A stretch of 64,000 nucleotides of DNA. Source: an uncultured virus (IMG/VR IMGVR_UViG_3300021164_000915). Taxonomy: Duplodnaviria > Heunggongvirae > Uroviricota > Caudoviricetes. The notes under the pieces are model-generated. The model ran no database searches and had not been told where the DNA came from. It saw nothing but the letters and a program-made list of their open reading frames with translations. Location of the stretch: the IMG/VR virus record IMGVR_UViG_3300021164_000915; one strand, given 5' to 3'. Below are positions 38,782 through 48,977 of the stretch, in pieces; position 1 is the first letter of the stretch, and each line of letters opens with the position of its first letter. Position numbers and translations under genes: made by a program.

Positions 38782-41700
38782 TGTTAACTTCTTTAAATGC
38801 GGCCAGCTATATAAATCAATCACAATCCTTTAAGATGTCTCAAGGATGTTTGATCGAATATAATATGAACGATTTAATTGATGGGGCAAAGATTGAAGCT
38901 GCTGACGGAGTAATAACGCAAAAAAGAACTGCCCCTGCATCTCAAGGCGGATATGAGTATAAGCCATTTGAAAAGCTATTTCCTATTACAAGCATAATCG
39001 ATCCTAGACGTCCAAAGTCTGCTGGAATACAGTATCTTATTTTGGGGGATCCAAGCATTACAAAACTTGATTCAGCTTCAAGCTATGCATCTTCAAAAAC
39101 ACTTTCAAAAAGATTATACTTTTCAGGTGTTAAAACTGCATATAAATATTGGGTAACCCCAGTAGCTACTGTAAACGGAAAGCCAGACGGAGTTCCAACA
39201 AAAACATTAACTGGCTGCATTTTGCAATTAAGGTACCCAGCAGCAAGAAAAGCAACCGCTAACAAAATAACTATTAAGTTTGAAACATCTCACTCTAAGC
39301 CAACCTCATGGACACTTAAGTCATTAAATTTATTAGGAGTAGAAGCTCCTCTATATACTGGAACAACTTGCCCAGATAATGGAGTAGTTAATTTATACTA
39401 CAACGGAACAACATGGTCCCAGACTGAATTTGAAACACCAACAGCTGGTTTTGATTTAAGCGGACTAGACCTACAAATAAATTCTATAGATACAGCTGGC
39501 GGCTACTTAGGTATAATTGAAATTTCTCCAAGATACGTGATAGACGTATCAGAAAAAGTACAAAAAATTAGTTTTAGTCAAAACGCTTCAGACTCAACTT
39601 CTGATTTGGTTCCTGTTGGAAATGTAACTTCAAACTCTTTGCAAATATCTTTATTTGCATTTGATCAGCTGTATACAGTGTATGACAAAACACAGGCTTT
39701 TGATAAAACAAAATTAGTTTTGTACAAAAATATTTTAGTTAGTCCATACGTCACAGTAGAATCAGAAAAAATTAATTTGGGAAAATTTTATTTAGACTCT
39801 TTTACAACTGCTGAATATGGAGACATTACACTTACAGCATTAGATGGGGCTAGAGAATTGCAGTACATAAAGCCTCCAGATATTATTACAAAATCAATGT
39901 CTTCGGTTGCAATTATAAGAAGGCTTCTTGACTCTATTGGATTTACAAACTATAATTTTAATTCACCAGAAGATGACTCGGCAACGATAACTCCATTTTA
40001 TTGGTATACAGATCCTAATAAAACAGTTTGGCAACACATACAAGATTTATGTCAAGACACTCAAATGATAGCTTCATTTGATAACAACGATGTACTTCAA
40101 TTTTATCCAAGAGACTACATCTTTAAAAACAAGACCCCGCAGTTCTCATTTAGATCAAAGTCTAATGCTGTAAATTTATCAAACATATCTACATTGTCAG
40201 TTGAAAATGTGCCGTCTGTAAAGGCAATTAAAATTATCTACAACTCACAATTAAGCTCATCTTATATTAGAAATGCGGACCCTCTTTATACTTCCCCAAT
40301 AGTAACACTAGGAGCAGCAGCGCTATCAATGGGGTTAACTGCAGCATCTGATCCATTTGGAGTCCCAGGTGACGACCTCTATGCAGAAAAAGGAGTTATT
40401 CTTTTAGAGCCAGTAGTGATATCAGGTGAAGCAAAACAGCTATACTCTTATTCTGGCTATTTGGTAATTGAAAAAGAAGTAATTGAGTATGATGCCATAG
40501 GATATAAATACAAGCCTCTGGGAACTACGGGAGTTAAGTACATTTGGATTACATCTGAATCCGAGATACAAAAACATCAAGGCCTAGCCGAACCAAATAC
40601 ATTCGAGCCTTCGTATTTTTATAGAATAAAAACTAGAAATGTATTTAATACTATTGACTTAGCAAAAGATCCAGAAGGCATGACCCACCTAGTTGAACCA
40701 AGTGAGTATGCAAGCGGGTGGACTGGAAAGACACTAGAAACAACAACAGGAGTAGCTGGAAACGCAGACGCATCTTTGTTTACTTTAAGTCAAAAAGAAG
40801 TTACAGTTACCACTACAGAAGTTAATGGTGTAAAAAAAGTAAATCGCCCACACAATTTATTAAATTCAATTTCAAGATCTATGCTTTCTGTATTTGCCCC
40901 AGATGGAAAAGAAATCGACCCTAAGCCTGGGGAAGTTGGTACGGGGTGGGCGCAAAACACTTTATACACTTTTGTTTCCACAGATGCAGATTACAAAGAT
41001 AGTGAAAATTTTGTCATGGGAACCAACATGTACTTCCCCCTAGTTGTAAATCCAGAGACTGGAATTCAAACTGGAATGCAACGAACAATAGCAGGAATGG
41101 CATTTTCATTAGACGCCAATAATAGAAATGGATATCTTTTAACAATTGAGACTACGCAAAACTACAAAGTAGACAAAAATTATAGAAATGTTAATTTTTA
41201 TAAAATAGATAATGGCAAACTAAAGCCGCTAAAAAATTCACAAGTAGAAGAAGGCGGGACTATTATAACTAATATTAATGGTGGAACCCTTTATAAAATA
41301 GATATTCGTGGAAACTTTTCTGTTCCAGAGTTTCAAGGCGGTACGCCAACTAATACAAAGGCTCTCGCTTTAAAAATACTTATTAACAATAAAACTTTTT
41401 CTGTAGTTGATACAGAGCCACCAGCAGCACTAACAAATAGAATTGGGTTGGTATCTGGAGCTGGCACGGTTGCATTTGATTATGTATATACCTCACCAAT
41501 TACAAAAGAAGATTTCTTGTATAACAATTCATTTGATTTATACAAGGGTTTATTTGGAGGGCAATCAACCCTGCTTAAAAATTTCTCTGACTTTGTATTT
41601 AATGCAGGAGTAAAGCCAGCTAGCCCACTTTGGATAAAAGAATTCGGGCCAGTAGCCAGAGAGCTAAGAAAAATTACAACAAGGTATACGAGTCCTGGAT

Positions 41701-42227
41701 TCCCAAGGTACCCAAGTTTAGTTCAAAACCCAGGAGTAACAATTGTCGGATCCTCACTAGATTCATTTACAATGGAGACATATGTGATGAATAATACTGG
41801 AGTCTTTACAGAACTAGCAAATGGACAAGAGAAAGAGTTTATTGTAGTTGGAGACTATGTTTCAACTTCTGATCCTTTTGAATATATGGACCCGACCCTA
41901 ACCGACGCAGAAAAAGCAGAGCAGATTGGATTTGAGTCAACATGGATACAGAACGAGTCGGATGCAAAAGCCTTGGCTGTATGGATGAAAGATAAGTGGT
42001 CTCGCCAGCAAAAGGTTTTAACTATGGATGTTTTTGTAAATCCATTGCTTCAAATAGGAGACGTGGTTCAGGTATCATACCCAGAAAGTAAAATTTACTC
42101 ATCTGAAGATGCCTTAATTCCTACTGGATACTCGGCAGAAAAATTTGTAATTTTGTCTTTAACCACCACATATGACAAAGATTCGGAGCCAACTACAAAT
42201 GTTATTTGCAGATCGATTTATGCGTAA
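38781..42227 (+). CDS. Large minor tail / baseplate hub protein
   Basis: Size, synteny and C-terminal NPLLQIGDVV motif; TAATG overlap start. Confidence 0.65.
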   Translation: MLTSLNAASYINQSQSFKMSQGCLIEYNMNDLIDGAKIEAADGVITQKRTAPASQGGYEYKPFEKLFPITSIIDPRRPKSAGIQYLILGDPSITKLDSASSYASSKTLSKRLYFSGVKTAYKYWVTPVATVNGKPDGVPTKTLTGCILQLRYPAARKATANKITIKFETSHSKPTSWTLKSLNLLGVEAPLYTGTTCPDNGVVNLYYNGTTWSQTEFETPTAGFDLSGLDLQINSIDTAGGYLGIIEISPRYVIDVSEKVQKISFSQNASDSTSDLVPVGNVTSNSLQISLFAFDQLYTVYDKTQAFDKTKLVLYKNILVSPYVTVESEKINLGKFYLDSFTTAEYGDITLTALDGARELQYIKPPDIITKSMSSVAIIRRLLDSIGFTNYNFNSPEDDSATITPFYWYTDPNKTVWQHIQDLCQDTQMIASFDNNDVLQFYPRDYIFKNKTPQFSFRSKSNAVNLSNISTLSVENVPSVKAIKIIYNSQLSSSYIRNADPLYTSPIVTLGAAALSMGLTAASDPFGVPGDDLYAEKGVILLEPVVISGEAKQLYSYSGYLVIEKEVIEYDAIGYKYKPLGTTGVKYIWITSESEIQKHQGLAEPNTFEPSYFYRIKTRNVFNTIDLAKDPEGMTHLVEPSEYASGWTGKTLETTTGVAGNADASLFTLSQKEVTVTTTEVNGVKKVNRPHNLLNSISRSMLSVFAPDGKEIDPKPGEVGTGWAQNTLYTFVSTDADYKDSENFVMGTNMYFPLVVNPETGIQTGMQRTIAGMAFSLDANNRNGYLLTIETTQNYKVDKNYRNVNFYKIDNGKLKPLKNSQVEEGGTIITNINGGTLYKIDIRGNFSVPEFQGGTPTNTKALALKILINNKTFSVVDTEPPAALTNRIGLVSGAGTVAFDYVYTSPITKEDFLYNNSFDLYKGLFGGQSTLLKNFSDFVFNAGVKPASPLWIKEFGPVARELRKITTRYTSPGFPRYPSLVQNPGVTIVGSSLDSFTMETYVMNNTGVFTELANGQEKEFIVVGDYVSTSDPFEYMDPTLTDAEKAEQIGFESTWIQNESDAKALAVWMKDKWSRQQKVLTMDVFVNPLLQIGDVVQVSYPESKIYSSEDALIPTGYSAEKFVILSLTTTYDKDSEPTTNVICRSIYA

Positions 42228-42247
42228 CAAAATGGTAGAATGTAAAT

Positions 42248-42604
42248 ATGAAGAATAATATAAAAAGACCATCGTCTGAAACGGCAAAGCCAAAAAAGCT
42301 ATTGCTATTTCCTGACGACCCTTTAATTGATGTATTAAAGCCAGACTATTATATTGTTGTTGACCCTTCTACCCTTACAGAAATCTATGAAGATGAAGCT
42401 GCTGTAAAAGGATCAGAGGGTTCAGAGGATCCACCACCTCTACCAGTCCCAACCGAACTTGAGCCACCAAATATTGATGACATAAAGTTTATTAGCAAAA
42501 CATTATTTACAGACAAAAATAAAAATCAGTTTGTTGATTTTGTTTTTGAAATTAGAAACCACGTTGGAGATGAAGTCATAGGAGTAAATGGATATGGACA
42601 ATAA
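42248..42604 (+). CDS. Hypothetical tail-region protein
   Basis: ORF in the tail operon. Confidence 0.55.
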   Translation: MKNNIKRPSSETAKPKKLLLFPDDPLIDVLKPDYYIVVDPSTLTEIYEDEAAVKGSEGSEDPPPLPVPTELEPPNIDDIKFISKTLFTDKNKNQFVDFVFEIRNHVGDEVIGVNGYGQ

Positions 42605-43541
42605 AATTAATATAAGCGGAAAATACTTTTTCCCTGAATCTGGAGATGTAAGCAAAAACATTTTAACTAAGTTTGGTAAAAGATATTTGACTCAATATCT
42701 AGCAGGCCAAGCTACATCTTTTGAAAAAGATATAGCAATTGGAGTCGGAACCAAAGCAGCAACAGTAAATGACACACAGCTTGAGTTTGAGTTCTACAGG
42801 TCCGCAGTAAAACTATCAAGCACGGACATAGCAACAAGTCAGTCTACTGGAATTACTACCTATGCAGTAGTCTATAAAACAACTATACCTGTAGATGTAA
42901 CTGGTTATATTAAAGAAATTGGCCTATTCCCAAATAAAGTTTTTGGCACAACAGATTATTCAAGCAACACAATATCTTTATTCGCTAACCCACAACTATG
43001 GACAGACTCATCGGGGACATATGGAATATCTTCAACAACCCAGACACCACAAATCGGCACAGACTACATGTCCGTAACAGCAGCAGCATCTCAGTCTAAA
43101 GAATATTTTTATGATTTAGCTTTAGATTTAGCTGGATACAGTGCAAATGACAGCATGACTCTTGCATACTATCAGCCCGATCTTAACCTAGACTATATTT
43201 TTGTTCGTGCATATGACTCAAATAATAATTACTACGAGATTAGATATCCTTCAATAACACCTGCTAAATATAATATTGTCCCATTAAACTTAAGTAATTT
43301 ATACGACAGCGGTTTTGGATACGGCACTACAGACAGTTCAAATATTGTAAAGATATCGGTTGGCGTAAAAGCTAAAAGCTCTGGGTCTACTACTGTACTG
43401 TTTGATGGTATAAGAATAAATGATGAAGATACTTTCAGGTCCGACTATGGGCTTATTAGTAGATCAGTTATAGCAGACCCAATATTTAAACCTTTAGGAA
43501 AACAAATGGATATAGAGTATAGGCTGGAGCTTACCTTTTAA
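42588..43541 (+). CDS. Minor tail protein
   Basis: N.LT..G..YL....IAIG.G....DT.L.FEF..IKEIGLF pattern typical of fibre/baseplate N-termini. Confidence 0.6.
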   Translation: MDMDNKINISGKYFFPESGDVSKNILTKFGKRYLTQYLAGQATSFEKDIAIGVGTKAATVNDTQLEFEFYRSAVKLSSTDIATSQSTGITTYAVVYKTTIPVDVTGYIKEIGLFPNKVFGTTDYSSNTISLFANPQLWTDSSGTYGISSTTQTPQIGTDYMSVTAAASQSKEYFYDLALDLAGYSANDSMTLAYYQPDLNLDYIFVRAYDSNNNYYEIRYPSITPAKYNIVPLNLSNLYDSGFGYGTTDSSNIVKISVGVKAKSSGSTTVLFDGIRINDEDTFRSDYGLISRSVIADPIFKPLGKQMDIEYRLELTF

Positions 43542-46210
43542 TGAGATATACAGATAGAATGATGACTGACGGTGGTGGGGAGGCAGACCTACAAAAAACA
43601 GCTCAAGAATCTGCTGACGTTGCTTCCAAAACATCTGCTGGCTCATACAAAAAAACAATTAGGCTTCCACTAAAAACTATCACCAACCAATATAAATTTT
43701 GGTTTACATACCTCTACCAAGACCCAGACACCCAATTAATTATTGAAAGTGAAAGATCTCCCGTAGTAACACATTCTTTTGATATCCCAAATTTAACTAA
43801 GGGCGTTTTAGGTTTAACTTTAACTCCAGGCTATAAAAGCTATGGGGTTAAATTTACTGTCGACCCGCTTAGTGTACACGAAGACATTATTATATTTGAA
43901 AGCCTAACATCTACTTCTATAGGAGACGTTGTTTATATTGGAACCTCCAACAGTGTCACCATACAGACAGATTCAATTGCAACAAGATGGATAACTGTTA
44001 GAACAAGAGATAAGTGGAAAGACGCAAACTTTACAGACACAGGGCCGCTTTCCGTAACACCACTAAACCCAGACCCAGATACTACATACACGGTTGCAAA
44101 TCCTGCATCTATCGATGCAGTAGCCTCAATAGATCCTAAAGATTTAAGCGGATTTAGTGTTGTCTCAAACATTACATGGGCAAAATCTGTTAATCCTAAA
44201 GCAGCAGGATACTCCATAAGATGGTCTACAAGCAACCCAGCAGAAGCTGGAGTCACCCCTCTTTGGGAGTATGCTTCAGTTTCTGGAATAGATACGCTGT
44301 CTTACAATGCAACTGGCCTTATTCCTAACACGACATACTATTACCAAGTTGCTTCAACAACTCCATACGACACTATAGACTGGTCAGTAGTTGTAACTAA
44401 GACATTCATTGCCGCAGACGGAGACGGAACAGCTGCAGGAGCATTGGCAAGACTAAAATCTTTTATAGCAATTGGCGGAGCATCACAAGACCTATTTAAA
44501 ATAGGAACAGGTATATCTCAAAGTATTAATTTAAATACAGATCCACTTGTAAGTCCAACATTAACCGCAGGAACATATCATGGAATCATATTAAATAAAT
44601 CAACTACTAATGTAGGAAATAACTTCTGGCTTACTACTGGGCAGTTTAGAGTTGGTAATCCAACAGAGTTTATGTATTGGAATGGTACAAACTTATACTT
44701 AACTGGAAGCATTAATGCTACAGGGGGAAAATTTACAGGCAATGTAAAGCTCGATGGCGGAACTTTATTTGCAGGAGCCGTTGCAGACAGTGGACAAAGA
44801 GTAAGGCTAAACAGTTCTGGAATATTTGCATATAATGCTACCAGCCCTGACGCCACATTCTCATTAGATACAGCAGGATATATGAATGCTAAATCTGGAT
44901 TGGTGGGCGGGTGGTCCATAGGAGCAGATAAACTAGAAGCAAATAGTGTTATTTTAAATAGCGCAGGACAAATATCTTTAGGATCAACACCAAGCACAAG
45001 CGTATTTTTAAGCTCTACAGATGCAGCAAGAATTTGGGTAGGCTCCCAGTCCTCATCAACGTCTAAATTTAAAGTAATGGCAGATGGAACCCTGTATGCT
45101 AGTGGTGCCGTATTTGGAGACTACGCAAGCAAAACATATGCTGATGGAATAGGAAATACAGCAGCCTCAGATGCAAGCACAAAGGCTGCTGCAGCCCAAG
45201 CTGCAGCAGCAGCAGATGCAACCACAAAGGCTAATGCAGCAATCGCAGCAGCACAGACAGATGCACAAACAAGAGCAACGGCTGCAAAAGATGCGGCAAT
45301 CCTAGCATCAGTAGCAAAAGCTGATTTTAATAAAGACGCTATAATAGCTAAATTAGCTCCTACAACCAATACAACATCAATAGATGGCGGATTGATATCA
45401 ACTGGCACCCTTAAAGCAGAAGCTGTTGTTTCAAACTTTATATCTGCATTTGAAATTGAAGCTTCTAAAATTGCAGTTGGTACACTTTCAGGCCACAGAT
45501 TAACAGCTGGAGCACTTAACACAAGCTATTACTTGGATACAAAAGGAAATAAGGCTGGAGTAGATTCTTTAGTTATAAATGCAATTGGAATTGAGTCTAG
45601 CGCAACTGGTGGCGTTACAACACACTGGTACCCATATATGCCAGGATCTCCAAACATTGATTTGGGACTACCAAATTTTAGATGGAATGACGTAAGAAGT
45701 AGCGGTAAGGTTTACATGGGACATGGTGGAAGCGACACTATAACAAACGTTACTGGTCAGCAGCCATATTCGGTATTCCTTAATACTGGAAGAATTTATG
45801 CAAACACACTTGGAACTGGATCTGGAACTGGGTTAGTTCAAGATTCAAATGGCTATATAAGAGTCTCTTCTTCCAGCAGAAGATATAAAGAAAACATTTC
45901 TGAAATAGAAAACATAGGGTATCTTGACGCCGTTAACTTGCTAAAGCCAGTTAAATTTTCATATAAACTACAGGAAGCAGACATCGATGAGACCCCAGGA
46001 TATGAAACAAGTAGGCCAATAATAACTGGTTTAATTGCTGAAGATGTGGAGCAAATAGATAAATTAAAAGATTTTGTAAACTATAATACCTTGGGCGAGA
46101 CAGAAGGTTTAGCTTATGACAGATTGACTACAGTCTTGACCCTGGCTATTCAAGAAATATCAAACAAGATTGACACACTGTCTATGAGACTTGACGCTCT
46201 TGAGGGATAA
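43541..46210 (+). CDS. Tail fibre/spike with FN3-like domain and C-terminal intramolecular chaperone
   Basis: GLIPNTTYYYQV (FN3-like), SSSRRYKENI..GLIAEDV..AIQEI (S74-like). Confidence 0.75.
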   Translation: MRYTDRMMTDGGGEADLQKTAQESADVASKTSAGSYKKTIRLPLKTITNQYKFWFTYLYQDPDTQLIIESERSPVVTHSFDIPNLTKGVLGLTLTPGYKSYGVKFTVDPLSVHEDIIIFESLTSTSIGDVVYIGTSNSVTIQTDSIATRWITVRTRDKWKDANFTDTGPLSVTPLNPDPDTTYTVANPASIDAVASIDPKDLSGFSVVSNITWAKSVNPKAAGYSIRWSTSNPAEAGVTPLWEYASVSGIDTLSYNATGLIPNTTYYYQVASTTPYDTIDWSVVVTKTFIAADGDGTAAGALARLKSFIAIGGASQDLFKIGTGISQSINLNTDPLVSPTLTAGTYHGIILNKSTTNVGNNFWLTTGQFRVGNPTEFMYWNGTNLYLTGSINATGGKFTGNVKLDGGTLFAGAVADSGQRVRLNSSGIFAYNATSPDATFSLDTAGYMNAKSGLVGGWSIGADKLEANSVILNSAGQISLGSTPSTSVFLSSTDAARIWVGSQSSSTSKFKVMADGTLYASGAVFGDYASKTYADGIGNTAASDASTKAAAAQAAAAADATTKANAAIAAAQTDAQTRATAAKDAAILASVAKADFNKDAIIAKLAPTTNTTSIDGGLISTGTLKAEAVVSNFISAFEIEASKIAVGTLSGHRLTAGALNTSYYLDTKGNKAGVDSLVINAIGIESSATGGVTTHWYPYMPGSPNIDLGLPNFRWNDVRSSGKVYMGHGGSDTITNVTGQQPYSVFLNTGRIYANTLGTGSGTGLVQDSNGYIRVSSSSRRYKENISEIENIGYLDAVNLLKPVKFSYKLQEADIDETPGYETSRPIITGLIAEDVEQIDKLKDFVNYNTLGETEGLAYDRLTTVLTLAIQEISNKIDTLSMRLDALEG

Positions 46211-46243
46211 TGGTATCCTTATTATGAATAGAAAAGGAATATA

Positions 46244-46402
46244 ATGGATAAAGCAGAACTAGTAGTACAGGCATTGCAGCAAAGAATTGGTGAGATTGTC
46301 TCACAATATGAGACACACATTGCAATTCTTAGAGCAGAAATAACACAGCTTACTGAAGCAAATAGATTACAGGAAGTTCCAGCGGAACAACCAAAGGAGT
46401 AA
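46244..46402 (+). CDS. Small coiled-coil protein (52 aa; not in ORF track)
   Basis: AAGGA RBS; MDKAELVVQALQQRIGEIVSQYETHIAILRAEITQLTEANRLQEVPAEQPKE; fills the intergenic gap. Confidence 0.7.
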   Translation: MDKAELVVQALQQRIGEIVSQYETHIAILRAEITQLTEANRLQEVPAEQPKE

Positions 46403-46405
46403 CAA

Positions 46406-46849
46406 ATGGCAAAAAATTTAGTATCAAGAAATGTTCAAGCGGGAGATCCGATAACTGCTGATATATTTAATAATTTTTATACCGATTTAAATACACTTGC
46501 GACACCAGAAACTGTTTCTAATGTTGTTATTAAAAACGCTAATGAATCTGCAGTAGCAACAAAAATTACTAACACTGTATGGAATTCTGGAATTAAATCA
46601 GTTAATGTTGGTGCTGGTGCACCCGTGTTAAAAACTTTTCAGTTTGGCTCTAAGATTAAATGGGCAGAGGCCCCGCTAGTCTGGGTGCAGGTATATACAG
46701 AAGGAACAACATTGCTTCCCTTTTCACAGTCACAGGTATTTCCACAAGTCCAGTCTGTAACAACAACTGAAGCCAAGATCTATTTTAGATGTGCAGTAGC
46801 GTCACCAAATCTAAAAGTAATAATATTTGCTACAGGAACACCAGCCTAA
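46406..46849 (+). CDS. Putative virion protein, last gene of the tail operon
   Basis: AAGGAG RBS; beta-rich C-terminus. Confidence 0.55.
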   Translation: MAKNLVSRNVQAGDPITADIFNNFYTDLNTLATPETVSNVVIKNANESAVATKITNTVWNSGIKSVNVGAGAPVLKTFQFGSKIKWAEAPLVWVQVYTEGTTLLPFSQSQVFPQVQSVTTTEAKIYFRCAVASPNLKVIIFATGTPA

Positions 46850-46853
46850 CCTA

Positions 46854-46881
46854 TTGACAATCTTAACCAATATGTTACACT
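46854..46881 (+). promoter_or_regulatory. Promoter TTGACA-N16-TACACT with extended -10 TG
   Basis: Perfect -35 at the boundary of the structural and replication modules. Confidence 0.6.
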
Positions 46882-46893
46882 TACTGTAACATT

Positions 46894-46918
46894 AAAGTCA
46901 CGTACCCGTGACTTTTTT
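46894..46918 (+). terminator. Rho-independent terminator-like hairpin
   Basis: AAAGTCACG-tacc-CGTGACTTT followed by TTT. Confidence 0.7.
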
Positions 46919-46934
46919 CGTATGAAGGTAGATA

Positions 46935-47735
46935 ATGAGTAACGATTTAAAATGGATGCTATCATCCGATCAACAGTTTCCATACCAAGATGATAAGATG
47001 ATTGCCCTATGGTTTAAAGTCATGAAGTGGTTTAAACCAGATGTTGTTGACTACCTTGGTGATACAGACGACCAGGCTTGCTACAGCAAGTATACTGAAG
47101 GGCGCTCTGCAGAATTTTTGCAATTGCACAAGAACGATAGTAAAGATTTGATTGTTCCAATGATGCGACACGAAGCAAAAGGGGCAAGAGATTTTTATGC
47201 CAAGACAAGAGAGATGCTGCCTAACGCACAACTTTTTTCTGCATTAGGAAATCATGATATAAGAATTTTTAATTACATAGACGCAAAGCTTCCAGAGTAT
47301 ATTAATGAAGTAACCCCAGAAGCACTATGGTCACTAGACTCTTTAGGATATGAGTATATTTATTATGACGAACTGCCAAAGCGTAGATTTGGAGACATAC
47401 ATGTGCACCACGGAATGTCAATTGCAGCAACTGGATCCGCAAGAAAAGATATGGAAGATATGCAGATATCTTTAATTAGAGGCCACTCTCACAGGATTGC
47501 TTCGCATATGGTAACATATGAACTTAGAAATAACGGAGAGGGAGAAACTCTTCGTGGATATGAAATTGGTCACATGTGTGACGAGAAGGGCCCAGGCATG
47601 AAATATACCCAGCACCATGATTGGCAAAAGGGTTTTGCAATTGCTCACATTGTAAATGACTACCCACATGTCCAGATGATTCACGTATCACCTGATTACT
47701 CATGTGTTGTGGACGGAAAGCTGTTTACTTTATAA
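46935..47735 (+). CDS. Calcineurin-like metallophosphoesterase
   Basis: SDQQ, LGD..D, GNHD, HHG, GHSH motifs. Confidence 0.85.
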   Translation: MSNDLKWMLSSDQQFPYQDDKMIALWFKVMKWFKPDVVDYLGDTDDQACYSKYTEGRSAEFLQLHKNDSKDLIVPMMRHEAKGARDFYAKTREMLPNAQLFSALGNHDIRIFNYIDAKLPEYINEVTPEALWSLDSLGYEYIYYDELPKRRFGDIHVHHGMSIAATGSARKDMEDMQISLIRGHSHRIASHMVTYELRNNGEGETLRGYEIGHMCDEKGPGMKYTQHHDWQKGFAIAHIVNDYPHVQMIHVSPDYSCVVDGKLFTL

Positions 47736-47920
47736 TGTGGTGCGGCAAATGTAATGGACGAGTTTTTGTAGACAGAGTCTTCTCTCAAAAACTACATATG
47801 GAATTATTCTGTATCATGTGCGGCAAACGCTGGATGTGCAATAAAGAAACGAGTGCTTTCGGAAAATGGCTGGAATCAAAAGAGACGGCAAATCAAAAAG
47901 CTTACGGTATTTCTTCTTAA
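47735..47920 (+). CDS. Small zinc-ribbon protein
   Basis: CGKC...CIMCG; TAATG overlap start. Confidence 0.7.
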   Translation: MWCGKCNGRVFVDRVFSQKLHMELFCIMCGKRWMCNKETSAFGKWLESKETANQKAYGISS

Positions 47921-48351
47921 ACGATAAGATACATAAGGTTTTAAAGTCATCCAGATCAAAGGATGAAATGATTGCTTGGTGCTACCCAGACAAGAAGAGA
48001 GTTATGTATTCATATTCTCAAGTTAAAAAGAATATGGAAACAGCATACACTGTTGTAGAAGTTGCCCTTATGCTTAACAAGCATAGGGTAACTATACAAG
48101 AATATATATTAGGAGATAAAGTTTCTACCCCTCAAAAAATATATCCAATAGGACAACCAGACAGCGAAAATTGGTCACAGTATATGTTTAATCAAAAGAA
48201 CATATTAGATATACACCAACATATATTAGATTCAGGACACTCAAAAGAAGTTCCTTCAAAAGCAGAGGTCCAGGCTCTTCTCAAAAACAACTTAGTATTG
48301 TATACTAAGACAGAAGACGGTAAGTTTGTTCCAGTATGGAAGGCAGAGTAA
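47866..48351 (+). CDS. Putative helix-turn-helix DNA-binding protein
   Basis: YTVVEVALMLNKHRVTIQEY resembles MerR/excisionase-type HTH. Confidence 0.55.
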   Translation: MAGIKRDGKSKSLRYFFLNDKIHKVLKSSRSKDEMIAWCYPDKKRVMYSYSQVKKNMETAYTVVEVALMLNKHRVTIQEYILGDKVSTPQKIYPIGQPDSENWSQYMFNQKNILDIHQHILDSGHSKEVPSKAEVQALLKNNLVLYTKTEDGKFVPVWKAE

Positions 48352-48464
48352 TGGAAAAGAGTAGGGCAGTTACTTGCGATATTTGTAAACGGGACATAGA
48401 AGTTCGATGGGGCATATTTGCCAGCGATACACTTAGCAGACATAAGAAGGCGGAACACAAATGA
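48351..48464 (+). CDS. 37-aa C2H2-type zinc-finger microprotein (not in ORF track)
   Basis: MEKSRAVTCDICKRDIEVRWGIFASDTLSRHKKAEHK; overlaps both neighbours (TAATG, ATGA). Confidence 0.7.
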   Translation: MEKSRAVTCDICKRDIEVRWGIFASDTLSRHKKAEHK

Positions 48465-48664
48465 CAACGAGAGTAAAAGTCGATCTTTCATTTACTAGAA
48501 ATCTTGGTAACTATGAAAGCATTAAAATTGGCGTGGGCATTGAGGACGATGTCAGACAAGGCGAGACGGTGGAAGCTGCAACAGAACGAGTCTACGCTTT
48601 TGTTGAGAACAAGCTAATTCAAAAAACAGAAGAGGTTGAGGAAGAGCTAAAGAGTGGCAAATAG
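48461..48664 (+). CDS. Hypothetical protein
   Basis: TRNLGNYESIKI motif; coupled to neighbouring genes. Confidence 0.65.
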   Translation: MTTRVKVDLSFTRNLGNYESIKIGVGIEDDVRQGETVEAATERVYAFVENKLIQKTEEVEEELKSGK

Positions 48665-48977
48665 CAAAGAGCCATACATCCTACTATCTCTTTACCAAAA
48701 CCTTTACAAAGAGAAGTATGGCAAAGCCCCATCAATAAATAAGTTCCGTGAAAAATGGGCTATGCAAGATGTCATTGATAGTGTAGGATTTGATCGTGCC
48801 AAAGAGTTGCTTGAGTATTATTTTAACCTTACAAAGCACGGTCACACGATCCAGTTCTTTTTATATAACTTTGACAAGATGGATACAGTCAAAACTGAGA
48901 TTGAAAAAGATAAAGAGAAGCGTCGTTTGTTACTAGAAGAAACGAAGAAGATGGTAGAGCAAGGCGGACTAGAGTGA
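48654..48977 (+). CDS. Hypothetical protein upstream of helicase
   Basis: Overlaps the helicase start. Confidence 0.6.
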   Translation: MANSKEPYILLSLYQNLYKEKYGKAPSINKFREKWAMQDVIDSVGFDRAKELLEYYFNLTKHGHTIQFFLYNFDKMDTVKTEIEKDKEKRRLLLEETKKMVEQGGLE

